Below, in pieces: positions 16,577 to 22,673 of a stretch of 23,986 nucleotides of DNA. The DNA is from a virus. Taxonomy: Duplodnaviria; Heunggongvirae; Uroviricota; Caudoviricetes. The position numbers were made by a program, and so were the translations under genes. The notes under the pieces were generated by a model. It did no database searches. It was not told the origin of the DNA and saw only the letters and a list, made by a program, of their open reading frames with translations. Position 1 is the first letter of the stretch, and each line of letters starts with the position of its first letter. The stretch lies in IMG/VR virus record IMGVR_UViG_2529292907_000023, positions 1 to 23,986 of that record; one strand, written 5' to 3'.

Positions 16577-16993
16577 ATGATCAATAAAGCTACAACTCTT
16601 GACTGTCTCGAAGAACTGAAAAACCTCGGCAGCCTCATTACACTAATAGCAAAAGCAACACCTGATGCTACGCTCTCTAGCGATATAGAGTCATGCGCAG
16701 GACTGGCATGGGATATGACAAATAGCATATCCAGAAAGCTATCGTCAGCAATGCTTTTACAGAACAAAAATTCTGCAATCAACAACCGTCTTCGCACCCA
16801 ACGCGAAGCCTGCGGCTTAACAACCGCCGAACTCGCCAGGCTGCTCGATCTCGATGAAGAAATTATCATCCAGTGGGAGAGCGGAGAGTATGAACCAACT
16901 ATCAGTATGCTTATCCCACTGGCAAATATTCTTGGCTGCGATGCGATGTGGCTGTTAACTGGCGAAACGGCAGCAAAGGATATCTGCGCATGA
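16577..16993 (+). CDS. XRE-family HTH protein (138 aa) with C-terminal HTH and N-terminal domain of unknown function
   Basis: C-terminal INNRLRTQREACGLTTAELARLLDLDEEIIIQWESGEYEPTISMLIPLANILGCDAMWLLTGE is a classic XRE HTH; the N-terminal ~60 aa are unrecognised; AT-rich. Confidence 0.6.
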   Translation: MINKATTLDCLEELKNLGSLITLIAKATPDATLSSDIESCAGLAWDMTNSISRKLSSAMLLQNKNSAINNRLRTQREACGLTTAELARLLDLDEEIIIQWESGEYEPTISMLIPLANILGCDAMWLLTGETAAKDICA

Positions 16994-17232
16994 AAAACTG
17001 TAATGCTTACCATATTTGTCTCATTGGTGAATTGCTTGATTTCATACAAAAAAGCACTGCGCGCAATAATAAAAATATAACATATGGTGATCTGGTAATA
17101 ATTTCAGAGGATATAAAGAGCATCGCTCTTAAATTCAAGAGCGACGCGAGTATTGATGACGCTATTTACGCTTATCTTGCGAAAATAATTGACGGATCCA
17201 AAATCCAGCCTCTGGATGAACCTCGTCAGTGA
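16990..17232 (+). CDS. Hypothetical protein (80 aa), translationally coupled to the upstream HTH gene
   Basis: ATGA start/stop overlap at 16990-16993; AAAGGA RBS-like sequence upstream; AT-rich; no recognisable motif. Confidence 0.5.
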   Translation: MKNCNAYHICLIGELLDFIQKSTARNNKNITYGDLVIISEDIKSIALKFKSDASIDDAIYAYLAKIIDGSKIQPLDEPRQ

Positions 17233-17389
17233 AAAACTCCTTTGATGAAGATGAGAACTGCTTCATAAACTTTACTTTATCTTCAGGTGAAACTACCTGA
17301 CGAATTAATGCGGAGATAGCAACTTTGTGCCAAATTAATTCTTTTTTGAGTTCTGAAATCTCTTTTTCGAGTTGCTCTGCGTTAATCAT
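17162..17389 (-). CDS. Hypothetical protein (75 aa), convergent with and 3'-overlapping the preceding ORF
   Basis: Very strong SD (GGAGGATAAATG) at the minus-strand start 17389; coiled-coil-like N-terminus (EQLEKEISELKKEL). Confidence 0.6.
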   Translation of the reverse strand: MINAEQLEKEISELKKELIWHKVAISALIRQVVSPEDKVKFMKQFSSSSKEFFTDEVHPEAGFWIRQLFSQDKRK

Positions 17390-17568
17390 TTATCCTCCAT
17401 TGAGAGCTGAATTGAAAATGGGGACCAACACGCGGCTACGTGTGGTCGTGCGCCGGACACGGATAAGCATCCGGTAACTGATTATCAATCATTGCGGAAA
17501 CAGTCTCAATATGAAAACACTTCTGAGACTCGCTATATAGCAGAACATATAAGTCAGCTGAGGAAGCC

Positions 17569-17934
17569 ATGAAAAAGTTCGAAAACATAACTGTTCTCCA
17601 TGTTGATGACTTTGATTATACAAACCCGGAACTTCTCCCGGAGGTTGTAAAGGCAATAGATGTTGCCGATATAGTGATTAGAGAAAAGAGAATTGTCAAA
17701 AACAGGCTCGCATGCACTTCAGGAGCAATGACAGAAACAACCTCACAGCAAGATAATTACGAAGGCATTTGTCTGGAGCCTGATTCATTTGCGGTAAATG
17801 TTTATCATTTATTGCATGCAACACAGGTATTACATATGTCCAGTAATCACGAAACGAAAACACTCGGCAGCGAAATTCTGAGTTTTGCATGTGAGTATAC
17901 AAAAGCTGCTGCCGAAAAAGAATTAGCGCAATAA
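17569..17934 (+). CDS. Hypothetical protein (121 aa), AT-rich orphan gene
   Basis: GAGGAAG RBS; about 38% GC versus about 50% for neighbouring phage genes; no recognisable motif. Confidence 0.6.
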   Translation: MKKFENITVLHVDDFDYTNPELLPEVVKAIDVADIVIREKRIVKNRLACTSGAMTETTSQQDNYEGICLEPDSFAVNVYHLLHATQVLHMSSNHETKTLGSEILSFACEYTKAAAEKELAQ

Positions 17935-18012
17935 CAACAAATATGCCCTGAACGTTTATTGCGGTTTTATCGCCGGGGATTGTTACAACCTTAATCCACA
18001 GGAGGCTTTATT

Positions 18013-18126
18013 GTGACTTTTATAAAGAATATGGCATCACACAAGACCGCCTGCCTTATTGCACAATACGGTGAAAATTACATGCATATTGCCTGCTTAT
18101 TTCTGCGTAAAGCATACGGGAGATAA
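18013..18126 (+). CDS. Small ORF (37 aa, GTG start) with strong SD; possible leader peptide or small protein
   Basis: GGAGG then 7 nt then GTG; its stop (TAA 18124-18126) lies 2 nt before the ATG of the next gene. Confidence 0.35.
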   Translation: MTFIKNMASHKTACLIAQYGENYMHIACLFLRKAYGR

Positions 18127-18128
18127 TA

Positions 18129-18317
18129 ATGCATCAGAAAACAGCAGAACACGAACAAACCAGAATATTGCTGACCATCAAAAACGGGAAAGTAATATTC
18201 ATTCGCCATGTTCATGACGATGAACATGTAGGAACTCTTTCAACATTCCTGTTTATTGCAGAAAGGGCAGGATATGACGTTATTGCACCAGCAGATGAAG
18301 ATGAAGATGAGGAATAA
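18129..18317 (+). CDS. Hypothetical small protein (62 aa) with acidic C-terminal tail
   Basis: GGGAGA RBS; C-terminus PADEDEDEE. Confidence 0.55.
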   Translation: MHQKTAEHEQTRILLTIKNGKVIFIRHVHDDEHVGTLSTFLFIAERAGYDVIAPADEDEDEE

Positions 18318-18322
18318 ATATC

Positions 18323-18904
18323 ATGCAATACGATGAATTCCAGGCTGAAGCAACAGCCAATGGTATACGAACTGGCAGTATGACGATTGATTATCACGAC
18401 GCCATACGTCGTCTGGATGCCGGAGAATTCGATACTCCTAATGTGCGAGGTTTACGTATCCTTCAGTGTCTGGCGCAAGCCGACGAAGCAGGATTACTGG
18501 GTAAACTTCCGGTTGAGATGAAGGTTGCTCAGTGGCGATGGTTGTATGTGACGACATTCATCAACGAAGAAGAAGACAAGAACGGCACAATTGATATCCT
18601 GAATGAACACGGAACAACTGAACACGCCGTGGTATATAACGGGATGTATGGGTTTATGACGATATATCCCGGCCCCATTCGATTTGCCTTACAACAGTAT
18701 ATTGAATGGAATTTAATTCAAAAATACGGCGAAGCTGAAGGAATGGGAAGAGCGCTGTTTCTTTATCAGAAAATGCTCACTACTTCCCCTGATAAAGGTT
18801 TCATTCTTTCAGATATGGGTCGAGAAGGGCTTGAAATCCTTCTGGATGAAATTATTAACGAAATGAATACTCATGGCATGCAATCCGAAACAGATATTAA
18901 GTAA
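18323..18904 (+). CDS. Hypothetical protein (193 aa)
   Basis: ATG 5 nt after the upstream stop with GAGGA RBS; no recognisable motif. Confidence 0.6.
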   Translation: MQYDEFQAEATANGIRTGSMTIDYHDAIRRLDAGEFDTPNVRGLRILQCLAQADEAGLLGKLPVEMKVAQWRWLYVTTFINEEEDKNGTIDILNEHGTTEHAVVYNGMYGFMTIYPGPIRFALQQYIEWNLIQKYGEAEGMGRALFLYQKMLTTSPDKGFILSDMGREGLEILLDEIINEMNTHGMQSETDIK

Positions 18905-18914
18905 AAGGGACCAC

Positions 18915-19163
18915 ATGACCGTTATCGAGTATATCCAGGAAAATCCAGATTGCAGTAGAGAAGATATATCCCTCGCACTTGGAAGAAGCGCAACTTCTAT
19001 CAGTAATGAATTATCACGGTTATTGTGGAATGGGTTAATAGTACGAACTGGAGAAAAAAACAAAATGATTCTGTACTGCGTAAACAATCTGCCGTTTGGA
19101 TACAGCAATCCCCTAAGTGTTATGTTCAACCAGTTACTTAAACAGGTAAGAAATGGCAACTGA
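18915..19163 (+). CDS. Small putative winged-helix DNA-binding protein (83 aa)
   Basis: ATG 18915 with AAAGGGA RBS; MTVIEYIQENPDCSREDISLALGRSATSISNELSRLLWNGLIVR resembles a wHTH. Confidence 0.5.
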   Translation: MTVIEYIQENPDCSREDISLALGRSATSISNELSRLLWNGLIVRTGEKNKMILYCVNNLPFGYSNPLSVMFNQLLKQVRNGN

Positions 19164-19470
19164 CTCACAACTAACCATAGAAACGGCCCTGAATGTCGGC
19201 CTGGCGCTCCTTGGTTATTTTTACATCGTGTTCTGCAGCGGACGGTGGCTGTCGCTGTTGTTCCTGAAAAAATGGAATAAACGCCGTAAGCAGGATGAAC
19301 GCCAGAAGGCAATGAATGCGTTTTCCGAAGCCTTCGGAATTGACGGCATGGAACCAGGGGATCCAGCTCGCGCAATCAGCAGAGGGGGTGTAGTAATCCT
19401 TGTATATCGGAGTGAAGAGAAAAATGACGATCACAAAACAACGAGTAGAAAAAATCATATATCGCCATGA
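19153..19470 (+). CDS. Small membrane protein (105 aa, one predicted TM helix)
   Basis: AGGTAAG RBS; hydrophobic segment ALNVGLALLGYFYIVFCSGRWLSLLFL followed by a basic stretch KKWNKRRKQDERQK. Confidence 0.5.
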   Translation: MATDSQLTIETALNVGLALLGYFYIVFCSGRWLSLLFLKKWNKRRKQDERQKAMNAFSEAFGIDGMEPGDPARAISRGGVVILVYRSEEKNDDHKTTSRKNHISP

Positions 19471-19738
19471 AATGGGACTGAACAGCGATGTCACTGCCGA
19501 AGAGGTTTATGACCTGGCTGTACTGGCGCTGAATTTATCAAATATCGCAAACCTGAAGCGATACGAGCTTGATATGGATGGTTGCGACTCGTGCGGTCAG
19601 GATTGTGGCGCAGATATGACTGAAGATCCTGATGGTGATTATGTCCTGTTTGATGACGTGGTTAAGTTGTTTGAATTTGATACAACCACTCAAAAGTTAG
19701 AAATCCCGGCAAAGGAGGCTGCCAGTGAGCAAGATTGA
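19424..19738 (+). CDS. Hypothetical protein (about 105 aa; alternative start at 19472)
   Basis: Acidic C-terminal half and a Cys cluster (CDSCGQDCG); overlaps the upstream ORF by 47 nt if 19424 is used. Confidence 0.45.
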   Translation: MTITKQRVEKIIYRHEMGLNSDVTAEEVYDLAVLALNLSNIANLKRYELDMDGCDSCGQDCGADMTEDPDGDYVLFDDVVKLFEFDTTTQKLEIPAKEAASEQD

Positions 19739-19907
19739 CTATCAGGCACTGCGCGAGGCGGCGGAACAGGCAACGCAAGATGAATGGGTAGCATATATTT
19801 GCCGGGTCATAACGGCATTTATCCTGCGCGCACGTCTGAGGGTAGGCATTGCGGATACTTTATTGACTGGCCTGGCGTCTGTCAGGGGCGGGAGAGCATC
19901 AACATGA
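19725..19907 (+). CDS. Ea22-like protein N-terminal module (60 aa), possibly a truncated or frameshifted paralog
   Basis: GTG start with AAAGGAGG SD; N-terminus MSKIDYQALREAAEQATQDEW parallels the MSEINYQALREVAER start of the gene at 20407. Confidence 0.4.
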   Translation: MSKIDYQALREAAEQATQDEWVAYICRVITAFILRARLRVGIADTLLTGLASVRGGRAST

Positions 19908-20410
19908 GCATCAGAACCTACGCAGTGAATTGCAATGACGCATGGCTAAACACCGAAGGTGATGACATCTCCGGCTCATACGTTAAGTACAAAGACCATC
20001 AGGAAGTGGTTGCCGCTCTTGAGGCCAAGTGCGCGGCGCTGGCAGCGGAGAATGCGGGAATAAAGTCTGCAATTCCAGAATCACGGGATATTGAGGATGA
20101 CAATGACAATATGGATGACGTATCTCTCGCGGAAGACTTCGGGTTCAATCATGCAATAGAACGGATGAGGAGACAGATACCTGAAACGCCAACCACTGAT
20201 GCTTTCCTGGCTGAAGTCCGGGCGCAGGGGGTGGATGCTGCTATAGAAGCTGCAAAAAATCTGGTGGCCCAAGAATATGAGTATAAGGATTTCAAAGCGG
20301 CGCAGAGTGATTGCTGTATGTACCCTGGTTCAGACCTGGTAGGGAAGGTTGAAATGACTGAGTGGTTAGTTGACTTTGCTGCCCAGCTTCGCAAAGGAGG
20401 CAACCAGTGA
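19904..20410 (+). CDS. Hypothetical protein (168 aa), Ea22-like central region
   Basis: ATGA overlap with the preceding ORF; Ala-rich coiled-coil segment (VVAALEAKCAALAAENAGIK) and an acidic stretch. Confidence 0.5.
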   Translation: MSIRTYAVNCNDAWLNTEGDDISGSYVKYKDHQEVVAALEAKCAALAAENAGIKSAIPESRDIEDDNDNMDDVSLAEDFGFNHAIERMRRQIPETPTTDAFLAEVRAQGVDAAIEAAKNLVAQEYEYKDFKAAQSDCCMYPGSDLVGKVEMTEWLVDFAAQLRKGGNQ

Positions 20411-20892
20411 GCGAAATTAATTACCAGGCACTGCGTGAGGTGGCGGAACGTGCAATTCCAGCAATGGAACGCCTGTTAATGTTGCCAGCTGATGATGACT
20501 TGTTAAGTGAACAGGAACTTAAAGATTACGGTGTGGATATTGATGCGCTCAACGCCTTCAAATTTCTGACCGGACCAGAAACCGTGCTGGCACTGCTGGA
20601 TGAACGGGAAAGAAACCTGCAATACATCAAAAGCCGCGATCAGGAGAACGAGGATATTGCGCTAACGGTAGGGAAGCTGCGCGTTGAGCTTGAAGCAGAA
20701 AAACAGCGGGCAAAAGTTCTATTTATGGAAAATGCTCGGCTTAAGTCAGGCATAGCCGGTCTGATACACCTCGGTATTCGATATGCAGATGTTGAGGTCA
20801 TGAAAATTGCTGGAGATGCCCAGCTTTCTACCCCATGCACTGACAGCATCATAAACAGCATTGCAACAGGCATTCGCATCAAAGGAGAGTGA
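20407..20892 (+). CDS. Ea22-like family protein (161 aa)
   Basis: GTG start with AAAGGAGG SD; N-terminal MSEINYQALREVAER and VLALLDERE resemble the prophage Ea22-like family as I recall it; C-terminus TGIRIKGE is encoded by a 24-bp repeat. Confidence 0.55.
   Translation: MSEINYQALREVAERAIPAMERLLMLPADDDLLSEQELKDYGVDIDALNAFKFLTGPETVLALLDERERNLQYIKSRDQENEDIALTVGKLRVELEAEKQRAKVLFMENARLKSGIAGLIHLGIRYADVEVMKIAGDAQLSTPCTDSIINSIATGIRIKGE
20869..20892 (+). repeat. 24-bp direct repeat, copy 1 (GGCATTCGCATCAAAGGAGAGTGA)
   Basis: Identical 24-mer recurs at 21363-21386; it encodes the C-terminal residues and stop of one gene and the SD of the next. Confidence 0.9.
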
Positions 20893-20894
20893 GA

Positions 20895-21386
20895 GTGCAG
20901 ATTTCACCGGTTACTCTTCGTGTTGCGAAGGCGTTTATATCCAGACATCACCGACACAATAAACCCCCGGTGGGGCATAAATTCAGCATTGGTCTGAGAA
21001 ATGATGCCGGAGAATTGATAGGTGTGGCGACAGCCGGTAGACCTGTTGCACGACATTTGGACGATGGATTAACGCTTGAAGTAAATCGCACATGTACCAC
21101 AGGAGAACGCAACGCTAACAGCGCGCTTTATGGTGCTGTCTGGCGGGCAGCAAAGGCTATGGGTTATCAACGTTGTATTACGTACACCCAGGCAGATGAA
21201 TCAGGAGCATCTCTTCGCGCAGTTGGTTTTGTTCGTGTGAAAGAGCTTCCTCCAAGAAAAAGCTGGGCGGAATCAAGCGTCGCCCTGCGGAGTAAACGCG
21301 ATCCGGTCGGAAACGGTGGTGTTCCTCGTGTGCTCTGGGAAATCAGGAGAATGAGTACCACTGGCATTCGCATCAAAGGAGAGTGA
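20895..21386 (+). CDS. Conserved prophage protein of unknown function (about 163 aa), His/Arg-rich N-terminus
   Basis: GTG start (20889 or 20895) after AAAGGAGAG SD; motif RHHRHNKPPVGHKFSIG; flanked on both sides by the same 24-bp repeat and ends with the same TGIRIKGE tail as the upstream gene. Confidence 0.55.
   Translation: MQISPVTLRVAKAFISRHHRHNKPPVGHKFSIGLRNDAGELIGVATAGRPVARHLDDGLTLEVNRTCTTGERNANSALYGAVWRAAKAMGYQRCITYTQADESGASLRAVGFVRVKELPPRKSWAESSVALRSKRDPVGNGGVPRVLWEIRRMSTTGIRIKGE
21363..21386 (+). repeat. 24-bp direct repeat, copy 2 (GGCATTCGCATCAAAGGAGAGTGA)
   Basis: Perfect copy of 20869-20892; the 27-nt neighbourhood matches at 26 positions. Confidence 0.9.
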
Positions 21387-21387
21387 T

Positions 21388-21555
21388 ATGAGCGCTATAA
21401 CCAAAGAACGTATCAAATTATTCATTAAAAATCCGCTTGATAACGGACTTACTCGTGGTGAACAAATGGAACTGGCACGGATTGCGCTGGCATCGCTGGA
21501 AGCAGAGCCGGTTGTGTTCTGGTTTGAAAAATATCAAGAAGGGGCTACGGCATGA
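21388..21555 (+). CDS. Small ORF (55 aa)
   Basis: Begins right after the repeat-encoded SD; ATGA overlap with the next gene; contains [12 protein letters not shown], echoed as [11 protein letters not shown] in the downstream protein. Confidence 0.4.
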   Translation: MSAITKERIKLFIKNPLDNGLTRGEQMELARIALASLEAEPVVFWFEKYQEGATA

Positions 21556-21896
21556 CGACTTTTACCAGAGAGCAGTTAATAGCTCACGCAGAGGAGACTA
21601 TTGAAGCACAGAGACTGTGCATACCGGGCACAATCGACCATGACATCATCCGCACATATAAGATGGATATTGCTGTTCTGGAAATCGCACTGGTATCGCT
21701 GGCAGCAGAGCCAGCCGGTAAATTGCATGAATACAAACCAGTGGGATATCAGCGTCTGGTCGATGAGTTAACCATGCTGGTAAAGCAGTTAACCTGGCAA
21801 CTGAGGAAAGCGAAGCCAGACTGCAAATTACCGGATAAGGCGATGAGTTATCTGGAGCGGAACGGACTGATAAGCGTGGAGGATATTTTACGATGA
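21552..21896 (+). CDS. Hypothetical protein (114 aa)
   Basis: ORF with translational coupling on both sides. Confidence 0.55.
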   Translation: MTTFTREQLIAHAEETIEAQRLCIPGTIDHDIIRTYKMDIAVLEIALVSLAAEPAGKLHEYKPVGYQRLVDELTMLVKQLTWQLRKAKPDCKLPDKAMSYLERNGLISVEDILR

Positions 21897-21976
21897 CCTG
21901 GCCTGAAGCATTAACAACGGTAGGAATTGCGATGGCGGTGGCGCTGGTGGTGTATTCGATTTGCCGCTGGGGATAA
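21893..21976 (+). CDS. Small hydrophobic peptide (27 aa)
   Basis: ATGA overlap with the upstream stop; [27 protein letters not shown] is a single TM-like segment. Confidence 0.3.
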   Translation: MTWPEALTTVGIAMAVALVVYSICRWG

Positions 21977-21980
21977 CCAC

Positions 21981-22223
21981 ATGTTCGCTTTGATTCAACG
22001 CGGTCAGATATACACGGACAGAGCCGGATACCCCGTGGTGATTACTCGCATCACTGAGCACTCAGTGTTCTTTCGACGGATGGACGGACGATCCGGGCGG
22101 GTACGCATTGGTGAGTTAAACTGCCTGTTCGAACATATTGACCACCAGGAGTACCGCAAAATTCTCGCGGACACTGAGCAGGAAAAGCACCTGAAAAAAT
22201 TACGAGCCATAAAAAGGAAGTAA
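21981..22223 (+). CDS. Hypothetical protein (80 aa)
   Basis: ATG at 21981 a few nt after the preceding small ORF; basic C-terminus. Confidence 0.5.
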   Translation: MFALIQRGQIYTDRAGYPVVITRITEHSVFFRRMDGRSGRVRIGELNCLFEHIDHQEYRKILADTEQEKHLKKLRAIKRK

Positions 22224-22226
22224 AGA

Positions 22227-22373
22227 ATGAATAAAGCATTTGAACGATGGGTCCACCAGCGTTACGGCAATCGCTATGACCTGACGCGAGATGTTGACGG
22301 CTTCTACTGTCGTGAAGTTGTGAAGCGAATGTTTGAAGTGTGTTGCCACTGCCGTGGGCTGAGTGTTGTGTGA
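22227..22373 (+). CDS. Small Cys-rich hypothetical protein (48 aa)
   Basis: GGAAG RBS-like sequence upstream; CxxxxxCCHC pattern near the C-terminus. Confidence 0.35.
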   Translation: MNKAFERWVHQRYGNRYDLTRDVDGFYCREVVKRMFEVCCHCRGLSVV

Positions 22374-22381
22374 GGTAATAC

Positions 22382-22618
22382 ATGGGCAATGTGATTCAAC
22401 TGGCTCCCAATGAATGGGTTTGTGAAAGCGTTCTTATCGCAATTACCGGGCTCAAACCAGGCACAATTCTTCGGGCCCGGAAAGAATGCTGGATGGTTGG
22501 AAGAGAGTATATTCACGTATCACCAGACGGTAATCCAAAGCCTTCCAGTGAATGTATGTATAACAGAAAAGCAATAGATGCCTGGGTCGCCTCAATGAAA
22601 AACAAACAACCCAGGTGA
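22382..22618 (+). CDS. xis: Excisionase-like protein (Xis)
   Basis: 78 aa immediately upstream of the integrase; GAGGT RBS; MGNVIQLAPNEWVCESVLIAITGLKPGTILRARKECWMVGREYIHVSPDG matches enterobacterial prophage excisionase-like proteins as I recall them. Confidence 0.65.
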   Translation: MGNVIQLAPNEWVCESVLIAITGLKPGTILRARKECWMVGREYIHVSPDGNPKPSSECMYNRKAIDAWVASMKNKQPR

Positions 22619-22673
22619 TTTAATATCATGAAATATGTAAGCTCGTATCGCTCTTGGGCGTCTGGAGGTATCG

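Noticed and set aside
16577-16993. Identifying the first gene downstream of cI as antiterminator N
   Set aside because: The protein has a C-terminal XRE HTH and lacks the arginine-rich N-terminal motif of lambdoid N proteins; no N-like ORF was recognised anywhere in the window.
16570-17049. 159-aa minus-strand ORF antisense to the XRE-HTH gene
   Set aside because: Ser/Ala-rich low-complexity translation, no RBS, and it completely overlaps a plus-strand gene with a recognisable HTH domain.
18809-19375. 188-aa minus-strand ORF across the early-left genes
   Set aside because: Antisense to three tightly coupled plus-strand ORFs that have RBSs; no supporting signal of its own.
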